A DNA stretch of 64,000 nt. Origin: the human T2T-CHM13v2.0 reference genome, Homo sapiens. The stretch is taken from assembly GCF_009914755.1 (NCBI RefSeq), contig NC_060934.1; one strand, given 5' to 3'. The stretch's first letter is position 1. Every line of letters starts with the position of its first letter. Below the pieces are notes generated by a model, which worked only from the letters and a program-made list of their open reading frames with translations, searched no databases and was not told where the DNA came from. This document shows positions 40,551-56,609 of this stretch, one piece after another. A program made the translations under genes and the position numbers.

Positions 40551-43271
40551 AGAAAGAAAGAAAATGCCAGACCAGAAGTACCAGAGGCACCAGCTGCTAA
40601 GTGGAGTTGGCAGTGGGGAGACTCAGACGCCCAGAGAAGGCAGGCTGGGGAGGCAGGGCCAGATCTGGAAGGAACCTGTAACCACGCTAAGGAGTTTGCG
40701 CTTTATTCTCTAAGAACCAGGACCCATTGGTGAGTCTTACACAGGAAAGTAGAGTTTCTTCAGGCAGGAGTCTGGAGGGTGAATTGCAGTGGGGAAAGGC
40801 AGGAACGAGGGTGCCCTGTGGGAGGCTGCTGCAGAGGTCCAGGTGACAGGGTGGAGAGCCCAAACAGGGTGGAGAGAAGTGACACAGAGGAGCATTGCTA
40901 ACTCCCTGGACCACCCCACTTCCCATCTCTGGGTGGGTCAAACTTCTGGGCAGTGGGAGAGAGCAGCCTTCTGGATGGTTTCACAGGCTACCTTAGAGAG
41001 CACATGCCTACCTGTGCCCAGCCTGGGTTCCTCAAATGCTAGATTTCCTTCCAAACACACTAGGTAGCAGGCATGGCCAGACAACCTGGATATTTATTCC
41101 AAGGCCTCTATCAGAGCCGATAGGAGAACCCCAGGCCAGCAGCTCCCAGGAGGCGCTCTCTCTCTTTTCTGGACACACGGACTTCATGACACATTCTTTG
41201 TCTATCACACATCCCAAATTCCTGTGCCCAGGTAGTCCCCACAAAGTGGAGCCACCCACACCACATGGGCCCTGCCTCTGATTACAGTTCACCTACCTCC
41301 CTGCCTTGGCTTATCTTTGTTTTAATGCCAGGGTGGTAAAATGGGGACCTGTTGCCAGGACAATGCAGAGTGGCATGTGCCTTAACAGGGCCATGTGACT
41401 CTGAGACTTTGTCTGATGTCCACCACGTCCCCAGCCACCACCCCACCTGGGCTGCCTCCTCGCGTTTCCCCCACTTCCTCCAATTTGCCTCATTCCTTCC
41501 CCTCAAGGTCTGCAGAGCCAGCACCTTCCTTCTGAATCTGCTCCTTTAGCTCCTATGTCTACTGGCAAACTTGATGCATTTCCCCTCCTCCTAAATCTGA
41601 GATCCATGTCCCTTCCGACATCAATCACTCTGCCCAACCCCCTTGCACTTTTGACAAGTGGCATTCTAAACTATCTGTCTCAAAAAAGAGTCAGATGTGA
41701 TTATTTCTCCCATCCATCCTTTTAGCTGCATTTTTCCCTCATATTGCTCTGCCCTAATATAATACCAATAAAACAATAATGAGAATCCCACTGATGTAAT
41801 TTCTCTTATTATGCCATATAATGGACCCCCAAGCCTCTTCCAGCCCAATTGCTATATCCAGATGCTTTTTTTTTCCACCACTGCACATAAAGGGCTTTGA
41901 CTTGCTTCTCTGTCCCTTTGTTCCGGTAGCTCATGCCCCTGCCATCTTTCACCATGGCTTTATAAGTGCTGAGTTGCCCATTGTGTAGGTAGGCTGCTTT
42001 CCAGATGAAGGCAAAGTTCCTTTTTTTATTCACTGCATTTCAGGGCCTTTTGGATGTCAAGAGGGATGTCCTTAAAAGCACCTGTTTCTTGGGCAGGAAC
42101 AGATACAATGTACTTCAGGAACACTCTGTGACTTGTTGGCTCGTCTACATAGAGCTCTCTCCATCCTTGCAATTGGCCACAGCACAAGGGGAGGCTTCTC
42201 AGATGACCCATCCCTCACTTCCTTCCTCTGGGGCTACCCTAGTACCCTGAAGGTGGGAATGCAGATGTGGGCACATGCATTTCAACAGACCCAGTTGCAA
42301 ACAGACGTCGAAACCAAGGGGCTTCCACGCAGCAACTTGTGGACATGGCCATCATACCTTCCCGAAGGGATCTGAGATCTGTCCCCAGGGCCACTGCTTC
42401 AACTTCCAGTTGAACAGCAAGATGGGCTTCTATTTCCCACTTAGGACACAACCTTCCTTCTCTTACAGCCATGTTCAGAACTAGATGAGATCCAGCCCAC
42501 ACCCACTTCTGGACCAGCTGTCCCATAACAGTTCCCACATGGCTGGGGCCCTGATGACATCCTGCAGCCCTGTCAGTCACCAGTCACCAACCCCGGCCGC
42601 CAGCGAGCTCACAGCATGCACCAGACACATTACTCACAACCCTCCTCCTTTCACGTGTATCTGTATACATTGGTACCACCCTGTTAAAAATAATCCACCT
42701 TCCCCATAAGAACAGTCCGTTCCTCTCCTGGCTAAACACACAGAGCTTGTGTTTAAATAACTGTTTCCTTCAAGAATTGTAAGTTCCCATTTCCTTGTCT
42801 GTTTTTAACTTTTGGCTCAGCTTCCTGGAATTTACTTCAAACTGTGTAGATGTAGACATGACCTGCCCGAGGGCATCATTTGAGAACTAACCAGCTGAAA
42901 AGAGAAACTCAAATCTCTCCCCGGGGAAACATCAAAGAGCCCTCAACATAGAGCACCCAGTGTCATTGAAAAAAAAAAAACTCATACACCTGCAAAAGAT
43001 AAAAATGAAAGGGAGAGTGCCACAGAAGATATTAGCTCTTGAAGTTTTGCTGGAAACTCTTCTCTGATTTTCTCCACTTGAGCTCCATATTTGAATTTGT
43101 TTTCTATTCCTGAAATTGTTTCTTCACCTTTGTCAATATTCATTTCCCTATCCCAGGCATCTTTAGAGTTGAGCTCTAGTTTCTCAGAGGAACATGGATA
43201 CACACGTATTACCTTAGTGTTGTTGCCCCATAATTCCTTATACTCACTGAGACTATCAAAAAAGGAGAATA

Positions 43272-43592
<321 letters not shown>

Positions 43593-43615
43593 TTACCTAA
43601 GAAACATGCTGTGGT

Positions 43616-44345
<730 letters not shown>

Positions 44346-44829
44346 ACCACAAATTACACATGTGCCAGGTAAGACAATTTCAAAACTTCCACCCAACGAG
44401 TTTACATAGAACAACTTCCATTGCTCATATATCTTCCATATTGACTATGCTGTGTCCCTCAAGAATCAATCCACAAAAGGCAAAGACACAACCCAGTTAT
44501 GACATTTCAGTTCCAATTCTGTGGTCAGCTTACATTCAGATATTTCCCAGTGTCATTACAAATAATAACTATTGTTTTTATCTCATCCCCAAGAGTTTTG
44601 ATAACCACACTAAAACATGAAATAAAACAAAATTCAACGTCACAACTACAGTAAGTTTGGGTGCAAATATCTCAATGTTTGCACGGATGAATTCAATGTC
44701 TCCATGCCTACACCCTTAATGCTCCTCCACTGAGAACCCTCCTTATCAAGGGGCCTCAGCTGAGACCGTTTCTCCACTCCGACTCTATACTTTTTCTCTC
44801 CAAGACCCCTGGATCTATAAAGGCAAGAG

Positions 44830-45256
44830 CGATATGGTTTGGCTCTGTGTCCCTGCCCAAATTTCATGTTGAATTGTAATCCCCAGTGTTGGAGGAGGGG
44901 CCTGGTGGGAAGTGATTGGATCACGCGGGCGGATTTCCCCCTTGCTGTTCTCGTGATGGTGAGTGAGTCCTCACGAGATCTGATGGTTTTATAAATGGCA
45001 GCTTTCCCTACCCTCTTCTCACTCTCTCGCCATCTTGTGAAGGAAGTGTCTGTTTTCCCCTTTGCCTTCTGCCATGATTGTAAGTTTCCTGAGGTCTCCC
45101 CAGCCCTGCAGAACTGTGAGTCAATTAAACCTCTTTTCTTTATATTAGGTTGGTACCAAAGTAATTGTGATGTTTGCCATTGAAAGTAATTGGAAAAGTA
45201 ACAAATTATCCAGTCTCAGGTGTGTCTTTATAGCAGTGTTAAAACGAACTAATTCA
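44830..45256 (+). mobile_element. MSTA-type MaLR LTR
   Basis: gatatggtttggctctgtgtccc…gccatgattgtaagtttcctgagg…gaactaattca; TSD aagag/aggag. Confidence 0.85.
45145..45198. mobile_element. Truncated MADE1 (Hsmar1 MITE) inside the MST LTR
   Basis: ttaggttggtaccaaagtaattgtgatgtttgccattgaaagtaa matches one MADE1 TIR plus the spacer. Confidence 0.75.
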
Positions 45257-46150
45257 AGGAGCCTTTTTGTTAGGGGCTCCTGAGCTGTAAGGCAGTTGCC
45301 CCTGTCTGCACTGCATCTGATTGGATGCCACCCCATCATTGCCCAGTGCCTTTCTAGGGGGAAACCATGAGGAGTGGTGCCTTCCTCTTTTTGGCTCCTC
45401 GCTTGCTTGCTCTATCACAGTATATGAGGAAAGGCTTGATTGTTACTTTTGGTTTGGTTCTGTGTCCTAATTAACCCCCTCAACAGCTGGCAGCTCAACA
45501 GTTTTTTCTTAACTGCCGGAGTTTGTCTCTATGGCTCCCACCCAAGCAATTTCAGAAACGCAAATGCATCCAATTCAAATGCATCTTGGAGTTAAGGCCC
45601 AGTTCTCCGTTTTCCTTGTCTCTCTTTTGTTGTGTGTGTGTTCCTCTCCTTCTCCAATTCTTTCTCTCCTGAAAGTCTGGCTGGACCACCACATTTCTCC
45701 TGAGTTTATCAGCTGAGCTCCTAGGAGTTTGTATTTAATATTAGCTAATAGTTATACGTTTCCTATCATCCCGTATCATGGATATCCTCCTGATCAGTTG
45801 CACTCACTCAGGCTGAGAAAATAAGTTATGACCTAGAGGAAGGGAAAAGGCTAAGAGGTAGATTCCAGGGGCTCTGGCTTGTGTGATGAAAGGAGAAATT
45901 TGCTTAGGGGAAGATGATTGTTTCACTTTGGGATGGGCTGTGTTTGAGTTGCTGTCATCCAACCAGCTGGAGATGCCCAGTGTGGATTAATGAATCGGCT
46001 TGGTGGGTGCTTTCCAGTACAGATGGAAGATTAAAGCCATGGATCGCCTGCCAAGCACGTGTCCCAGGGACTTCTGCACCCTGGGAGCAGTTGGGACACG
46101 TGGACTTTGGGGATGGAGCCCATTCCACAAAAAATAAAAAGAGGTACTCA

Positions 46151-46679
46151 TGTCAGAGGCATTAGAACCAGAGCGACTCCATCTTGAGTGAGGGCTAGGA
46201 AAAATGAGGCTGGGGCTTGCTGGGCTGCATTCCCAGAAAGGTATTATTCCTAGCCTCTAGATGTTTATGGTTAAGTGAACAGATTGATAACATTTACTAA
46301 ACAGACCCAGACTTAGGAGTGTTCTGATATCCCAGTCTCTTAACAGAAGAAGTCCTAATTTCCCTTTAAAGATAATATTGATTCTTGCAAAATATAGTAA
46401 TTAAGAAAACTAATCCTTTATCACAGACCCTTGTAGGAGAGCACATCTCCCCATTATCTTTTTTTATCCTATATACTTATAAAGTATTGTACCTAGGTTG
46501 GACACATTCCTCCTCTTACTTTCGGGAACGCCCTACTCTATGGAGTAGCTGTTCTTTCACCACTTAACTTTCTTAATAAACTTGCTTTTGCTTTGTCCTG
46601 TGGACTCACTCTGAATTCATTCTTGTGTGAGATCCAAGAACACTCTTGGGGTCTGGATCTAGACCCCTTTCCTGTAACA
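46151..46679 (+). mobile_element. MER41-family ERV1 solo LTR
   Basis: TGTCAGAGGCATTAGAACCAGAGCGACTCCATCTTG…CCTGTAACA; AATAAA at ~46575; TSD CTCA/CTAA. Confidence 0.85.
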
Positions 46680-46956
46680 CTAACAAAGCCTCTTGCCACC
46701 CAGCAAAGTGTGAGAAGGACAATCACATTTCTACCAGAGAAACAAGCCCTGCATCTTGCACTGTGCCCTTTCAGTGAGAAAACAAAGCAGAAAATCAGAG
46801 CTCTGCTTCCAAGGAGACGCCTCCCCTGCAGGGTCAGAGTGACCTGAGCTCACTTGAACTGTTTTTTCCCCACCACAATAAGGACTCTCTAGAAACACAA
46901 TTATCTTCACGTGGCCAACACTGGGCTCTTTGGCCAAGACAGCTGAATAAAGACCC

Positions 46957-48089
<1,133 letters not shown>

Positions 48090-48896
48090 ACCCCATGCAA
48101 AATCCCAGATGGAAGGGAGAAAGGAGGTCACAAAAGACCCAGCTGGAGGTCAATGGGGCCCTGCTCCCTCCCCCTGGCTATAGCAAGAAGGAATTTCTGA
48201 GCCACAGGGCCACTGAGAGAGGAGCAGGCTCAGAGCTTGAGTCAGCTGCACTGGATCAGGAAGAGCGCCTCCTGCTGGTGACAGCAGCTCTGTGACCAGT
48301 GTAGACCCCACCGCCATCCCACTCCTGGGCCTCCCCAGGGTTTGGCTGGGCTCGGTGGGAGTGGCTGGGCAGCCTGGTCCCATTTCCAAACATGCAGCAG
48401 GGAAAACTTGGAAAGGCAGGGGCTACTGGGACCTGCCCAACCCCCTTGGTTCTCTGCTTTCTGATGCCCCTCCAAAACTAGGAGGAGACTCTCCCCCACC
48501 CCCCGCAACAAAATACTGTGGAAAGATCCTTCAACTAAAGAGACCTGGAAGCTGATGCCACATCTACTTCTGACTTGCTGTGTGACTATGGGGAAATCAC
48601 TGCCCTTCTCTGAGACTTAGTTTCCTCTTAAATGCACAAAAAGCCATTAGCACAGTGAGCACTCATGGCAAACTCTCTGTGAATATGAGCTGTTTTTATG
48701 ATGATGAGAAGGTTAAATGGGCTTTTGGAATGACCTATTTCCAGGACCCTTTCCTATCTTGTAGCTGAATAAGCAAAACATCTGTTTTAAACAAGCTGGT
48801 ATCATCATCATCATAGATATTGTTTATTAAGCACTTTTGTGCCAGGCAGTCTGATCACATCATTCGTTTAAAAAAAAAAAAAAAAACCCTGCAAGG

Positions 48897-49460
<564 letters not shown>

Positions 49461-49849
49461 TGGGGAGGGGGGAGGAACCTTGCAAGGTAGATAACAGTAG
49501 CCCCTATTTGGAAGGTGGCACAGCTGGGGTCCAGATAGATGAAGTAACTTGCCCAAGGTCACACAGTTAATAAATGGCAAAGCTTGGATTGGAGCCCACA
49601 TCTTTTGATTATACCACAGATGCTGACCCCATAAAAAGAAGTCCTATACCTAGGTCCTATACCACACAACTTAGAGTCCAAACCAAAACATTTCATAGGG
49701 TGACCAACCATTGTGGTTTGCCCAGAACTGAGAAGTTTCTCAGGACAAGGGACTTACAGTAACAAAACTGGCATAGGCCTGGGCAGACAGGGACAGTTGG
49801 TCATTCTACTTCTGAAGGAGAAAGGGAACACTATTATTCAGTTTGGGAT

Positions 49850-50420
49850 ACTTTTTGATTTCCCTTGTGATTTCTTCTTAGACAAATGGATTGTTTAAAA
49901 TTGTATTGCTTGATTCCCAAATATCTGGGGGATTTTCTAGATATTTTTTAATTTAAAGTGTAATTCCATTTTGGTTTGGGAACATACTGTATATGATTTT
50001 AACCTTTGGAAATTTGAGATTTATTTTGTGGTCCAGCACATGGTCTACCTTGTTGAATGTTCCATTTGCATGGGAAATGGATGTGTCCTGCTGTCACTGA
50101 GTGGAGGGTCTGTAAGTGTCAGCTGGGCCAAGTGGGTCCATAGCGCTGTTCAGATCTTCCAGATCCTTGGCCTATCAGAGATCCTTTGTGCTACCAATTA
50201 CTGAGAGCAAGATAATAAGATTCCCTATGACAGATCTGTCTGCTTCTACCTTTAGTGTGGTCAATTTTTGCTTCTTATTTTTTGAAACTCTGTTACTAGG
50301 TGCCTGTGCAATTAGGAATGTTATGTCTTCTGATGAATTGGCCCTTTTTATCACTACGAAAAGTCCCTCTTTATCTCTGGCAATATTCCTTCTCTTGAAG
50401 TCTATATTAAATAATTCATA
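49850..50420 (-). mobile_element. Old L1M ORF2-region fragment
   Basis: T-rich antisense L1M-like text (ttctagatattt…aattccattttggt…tttgaaactctgttactaggtgc…cttgaagtcta). Confidence 0.65.
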
Positions 50421-52014
50421 AGCTCCTTGCCAATTCTAAAAAAGGAAAAGTATGTATGTCCCTGCAGCTGCCCTGAGTCATTTAATTAAAAGATATTCAT
50501 GGGTTGTTTTTTCCACTCCCTCTTGGTGCGTGACAGATCTCAGTGTTTAGCACATCCTTTTATACAAAAACAAATTGTCTGTTTGGTTAAAACCTTCCCA
50601 GATGTGATTCCAGTTTGGCTGTTGTGAAAGCAGCTGTTTCAGCCAAGTTGATGAGGTACTTTGTCTTGGGAAGAAGTGGCAATTTAACAGTTCTCATAAA
50701 CCCAAATCTCTGGGCTCCCAAATACATTGCACCGGTGAGGCTAATGCTAATGTTGCCCTTTGGAAACTTCAAAAACACAGGTGACCTTCTCAGTAATAAC
50801 CTCCTTCCTTACAGCTTGTCTGTCATTTTGTCTACACAGAGATATGCTTGGATATGGTGGGGCCTCAGGGCTCACAATGATGCCAGAACTTAGAGCTGCC
50901 ATGCAGATGGGCAGTGGGCAGGTAAAAAGAGGCTTATGTGTGGTTGTGTGGTTTCTAGTTTAGAAGACGGGGAGAATGGTGTTTCCAAAGACTGGAATAG
51001 GGTCGCTGGTTGGTACCATCTTATTTCATCATCATTTCTCCCCTGTTCAGCCCAGCGATAAGCATCTAGTAGAGGCTTAATCATATTTGTGGATGATTCA
51101 ATAATTGAGTAAATGAAATTGAAGTCAGAATATGCTCTCAGAGGAAGGAAGGGAATAAATCAGGGATCAAACACTCCACTCCATCAGGGACTCTATTGGT
51201 CAGGTTTCAATTGCAGCTCAGTTCCCCTTTATCTAGCTAGTTTAAGGAGAAGTGAATTTAAGTCAGGGAATTGGGTACTTACAGGGGCATTGGAAGGGAT
51301 GGAGGAATAAATAGTCTGTAGGCTGAGAGGAGATTCCTAAAAAACATCACAGAACTGCTCCGCCAAAGGAAGGGAATTGACACTTCTGCTATAATCAAAA
51401 AGCTGAGGAGGTACCAAATAGCTACTGGCTGGAGGTCTCCACCTCTGGTGGCCAGGGTTCAGGAAGCTGCTCCTAGGGCTGTTGGCTCCAGAGTCATGTT
51501 GTGCCTGTTGGAATCCAGCACGGAAAATAGGTGCTGCAAACCTCCCCACTTAGTTCTGAATTCATGTCCCAAGCAAGTGCATCTGATTGATAAATCTGAA
51601 TCCCATCCAGAGCCATTCCTGCAAGGAGCTTGGGACAGGCAGATCTTAGCTTCCCAGCCTCTACCAGAGAGGAGGGTATCCTAGAAGTGGGTTGGAATGG
51701 ATGCTGAGTGAACCCACCTACCATCTCTACTACGAGTGCCAATGTGGCTGGTATAAAACAGTGGGTGTGGTACCTGAGGGAGATTCAAAATGATTCAAGA
51801 ACATTGTGCTGGCCAGGTGAGACACATCTCAGCTACACCTGCCTCACTCTGGGACCATGAGGCTCCTGCCATGAACAAAAGCTAGAGAGGCTGGAGGAGA
51901 GCTCTAGGTGAATGCCCCAAGTAGGGAGGAGGGGAGGAAGAAAAGCCAGTAAAGCAAGCATGAAAGGAAAAGGAGCAGGGAAGGAGAGAAACCAGGAAGA
52001 TGGGAGTGGCCACC

Positions 52015-52071
52015 TGTATTAGGGTTCTCTTAGAGGGACAGAACTAATAGGAGATATATGTGTGTGTGTGC

Positions 52072-52119
<48 letters not shown>

Positions 52120-52525
52120 GCACACACACACATATATATATGGGAGTTTATTAAGTATAAATTTACATGATCACAAGGTCCCACAATAGGCCGTCTGCAA
52201 GCTGAGGAGCAAGGGGAGCCAGTCTGAGTCCCAAAACTGAAGAACTTGGAGTCCGATGTTCAAGGGCAGGAAGCATCCAGCACAAGAGAAAGATGTAGGC
52301 TGGGAAGTTAGGGCCATCTCTCCTTTCCATGTTTTTTTTCTGCCTGCTTTATATTTGCTGTAAGATGACTAGATTGTGCCCATCAGATTAAGGGTGGATC
52401 TGCCTTCCCCAGTCCACTGACTCAAATGTTAATCTCTTTTGGCAACACCCATACAGACACACCCCGGATTAATGCTTTGTATCCCTCAATCCAATCAAAT
52501 TGACACTCAGTATTAAACCATCACA
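52015..52525 (-). mobile_element. MLT2A (HERV-L) solo LTR
   Basis: tgtattagggttctcttagagggacagaactaatagga…gtcccaaaactgaagaacttggagtccgatgttcaagggcaggaagcatccagcac…attaaaccatcaca. Confidence 0.9.
52054..52137. repeat. Perfect 84-bp palindromic (TG)/(TA)/(CA) microsatellite
   Basis: The arms are exact reverse complements, including mirrored C52071/G52120; (TA)9 centre. Confidence 0.95.
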
Positions 52526-53163
52526 CACCCATCATCAGAGAAGAGGAGGCCCCTGTAAGATGTACAGGGGCAGCAGGGGAAAGCCGCACTGGAGGGAGTG
52601 AAACAGGCCCTTTGGCAGGACCTGGTAAAGCTGAAAATGCACACCCAGTCTCCTTTTGAGAGACTCACACACAGCCTCAGGGAGGCAGGCACAGGCACAG
52701 CCACCAGAGTTAGGGAGAAATTCCCACCCGGATGTCCAGCAGTCATTGTAAAGTGGTGGGTACACAGCATGTAATACTTCACAGTTAAACGGAAGTATAT
52801 GTGTGTGTCCAGATCATATATGTCAACACAGATTTCAAAAACAATGTTGGATGGGAAAAGCAAGATGACAAATGTGTCTAGAACAATGCCATTTGTGTCA
52901 ATTTTGAAAACACACGTATGAATCCTGCTCAAGGACATGGAAGCATGTGTGTACTTATTGCAGACTGGAAGCATCCACAGTAACCTCCTGCTACAGGTTA
53001 ACTCGGGATGGTTGTGGGGAGTGAAATGGGATTGGTCAACATAGCTTAACAGGACTGTACCTCCATTGCTAATGCTTATTTATTTAAGTATGGAAGAAAA
53101 TAGGATGTTAACAGCTACTAATTTAAGTGGTGACAATGTCTTGGTTATATTCTTTTTGTACTT

Positions 53164-53591
53164 TGGTTGGTGGTTTAGATTTTTGCTCCCCCAAAAGCTC
53201 ATGCTGAAATTTGATCCCCAGTGTTGAAGGTGGGGCCTAATGGGAGGTGTTTGGGTCAGGGGGGTGGATCCCTCATGAATGGCTTAGTGCTGCCCTTGAG
53301 ATAATGAGTGAGTTCTCATTATCTCCACAAGAGCTGGTTGTTGAAAAGAGCATGGTACCTCCCCCTCGCTCTCTTGCTTCCCCTCTTGCCACGTGAGCTC
53401 TGCACATGCCCACTTCCCTTCACCTTCTTCCATGAGTGGAAGCAGCCTGAGGTACTTATCAGAAGCTGAATCAATGCCAGTGCCATGCTGCTTGTATGGC
53501 CTGCAGAACCATGAGCCAAAGAAACCCCTTTTCTTTATAAATGGCCCAGCCTCAGATATTCCATTATGGCAACACTAAACAGACTAAGACA
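53164..53591 (+). mobile_element. MSTB/MSTC-type MaLR LTR
   Basis: ctcatgctgaaatttgatccccagtgttg…ggatccctcatgaatggc…cagactaagaca. Confidence 0.8.
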
Positions 53592-56500
53592 AGTACTTTT
53601 CCATGCAATTTAATTTCTCACAAAATAGATTTTTTTAAGAAAAGAGAGTGGGTGATTCTGAAGTGGTTTTGCACATTTAATGCCACTCAATGCACATTTG
53701 TTTCTTACTGACCTGTTTGGATGCTATGATTGTTGTCTAGTGGGAGAGGCAGGATTTGCCAGGGCCAAGGTTTAGGCAAATTGATGGGGCTTCAAGCAGC
53801 TCATCTCTGCATTTGGTGATGCAATCTAAAAACATCCCAGCTCTGCTGCTCTGGAGGGCAGGTAGACAGGCTCAGCAGACTGGCAGGGACGTGGACAGGT
53901 ACCCTCCACCAGAGCCTGGCTGCCCCCATTCTCAGGATTAGTGGTCCCCTCCAATCCCTCCTCTGAACTTTTCCCCCTCACCCTAAGGAGTCAGAGGGCA
54001 ATGAGAAATGTATCCCAGAGAGCAAGGCAGTTGTTCTCTCCAAGGAGAACACATGAACTAAAGCAGGGAAGTAGAGTCCTCACAGGAGACAGAGCCTCGA
54101 CTCTTTCTGGTGAGCCTGACCTTGTCCTGGTTGCTTATCTCAGGCTATCTCCTCCACTTTCATAAACTCTGATCTCCTAGGCAGAGACTGGGAGAAAATC
54201 CCATTGGATGAATGCCCATGTATACCAGGCTCTGAGGCAGACACACACTCACACAACAGATTCACTCTCTGCTGTCTCCCAACAAGCCTGTGGGTGACTT
54301 AGGGCTCCTTGGTTGCAAGCAAGAGAAACTAACGCTGGAGAATGTAAACAAAAAGGGGTCTATCAGAAGGTTATTGGTTAGGCTCATGGAAGTGACAAGA
54401 AGACTGGAGAAATGGATCAGAAGAGGACCTGGAAGCTGGGCAGATCCCAAGTTCTAAGGAATAACATCTCTCAGGAGTCTTGCCAGGGTCTGCCTGTCAG
54501 AATGAGGAGCACGGGTCATTCTTGGGATGTCCCTGGATCCACTCTGATTGACCCACCCTCTACAAGTCCCTCTGGGATTATACACAGTGGAGAAGGTAAT
54601 TCCCCAAAAGGAAATCAAGGAACTGTTAAAAAGGGAGAAGAGTTGATGAGCAGCCAACAAAGAGCAAATGTCCACCAAACTTTAAGGATGGTTATAATCC
54701 CACCCATTTTACCGATAAGGAAACTGAGTCCCAGAGAGATTAAATAATTTTCCTAGGGCCACACACTTAGTACAGAACTGGGATTCCAGCTTCGTTCCTT
54801 GGGCCCCAAAGCCCGTGCTTATCCCACTCACCATTCCTAAATCTCCAAAGACCTAAGAAGGGCGAACAGGACAAACATCACCCGCAGAGTCAAGGCCCCC
54901 TCCTGAGTTTTATCTCTGTACACAGGTCATCTGAAAACTGCAGCTTTTCAAAATTTCCGTGCTTTCTCACCCCAGATGGAAATTAAGGCCATGACAAAGC
55001 TCAGGACTTGGTGCTGTGCTATGGGATGCTGCTCAAGTGATTGCCTTATTATAGCAAGCCCAGAGACGTAATTTCTCAAACCATCTGGCTGGAGTACGTG
55101 CCTGGGAAGGAAGAATTAAGATGCCCTTGGAGAGACTAATCAAATAATAAATGGCAGACACACTCCTGAGAGCCTTGGTTCGTGGAGAAGTAGCCCTGGA
55201 AGCTGTTAAGGACCCTGCACCCGAGACACGCCTGTGTGCATCTGCCTTTCTGCTCTCCCTTTGCAGAGAGAGAAGGCTCCCTCTGTCCATCCTGGTGGCA
55301 AGTGGGGAGGGGACGGGGGACAGGAAACTGAGTTCCAAATGGGGAGCATTCAGCACAGATGACATGAGCTTGTTTCTCTCCTGAAGAGCCCAGTTGATCA
55401 CACCTGGGCTAAAACATTTCAGCTACAATCCCATGCTAATCTTTTCACCGTGATAACAGCCAATATTTCAGCTGCACTTTTCCCTCAGGAAGACTAGGAA
55501 TAAACAGCAGGGGGAACAGAAAGGCAGCAAGACTTGCAGCAGGACTCTTCCATCCAAGAGTAGCCTTCTGAAACAAGAGCAGGCAGCTTGGAACTGGTCT
55601 GAATGTGTTTCAGATGAAGAGGTGGCACCAGGCTAGATATTAAGAGACAATCTCCTATCGACTAGCTCTGAGTTAAAGGCATATGTGTGTTTGGGGGTGG
55701 GGTGGTGTGGGCATGCGCCCTGCAATACACAGCGCAATCAGAGCAAGCAAGAATCATCCAGCCCAACATACACCAGGGTTTCCTACCTTCAGCACTATTG
55801 ATATTTTGGGCTGGTTAAATTTTTTGTTGTGGGGTGTCCTGTGCATTGTAGTATGTTTAGCAGCATCTGGGGCCTCCACCTGCTAGATGCCAGGAGAACC
55901 CAACCAGATCCACCCAACCCCATCTCTCTCCAGACCCTTCATCCTTCCCAAGCTCATTCCCCCCACCCATCCCACCAACAATGCCAACAGCCTAGATCAG
56001 AAACTGCTGGGCTCTGGGCTAAATTGGGCTTGCTTTGGTTTGCTGGTGTTTTAAGTTCTTTAATTGGCTGCTAGAAGAACAAGTTTAATTTTCAACTTGT
56101 CCTGATAACTTCAAAACTTAGAAAACACGGACTTCCCTGGCAAGCTCCAGGGTCCCTTGTCCCCGTAGCAACCTCTAATCCTACTCACGCCCACCCCCCT
56201 GACTTATGGGACCAGCCCAGCCTTCTAGGCATTTGTGTTTGTGCCCCTGGTCTGTGCAGATGTGCCCCTGGTCTGTGCAGATATACCTGATACCTTGAGC
56301 CCTAGGGCCCTCTGTAAATACCCTCTCCTGACCCAAGGTGACCCTGAGGCCAAGGATTCCATAGTATTGTTTCTAATCCTTCTTTCTTATAATGAGGCCT
56401 CTCACTGTGGGGCACCTCACAGCCTACAAGGCTGTCTCACAGTTTCATGGCCATCCTCTTCGTCTTTGCAACAGCCCTGGAAGACGGAGGCATAGGTACA

Positions 56501-56609
56501 ATCTCCCCCAGACTATAGGAGGGAAAACTGATTCACTTTACCCAAATGACCCAACTTATTGATAGAGGAGCTGCTTGGAGCCCAAGGCTCTGGTCTAGGG
56601 TTTGCTCCT

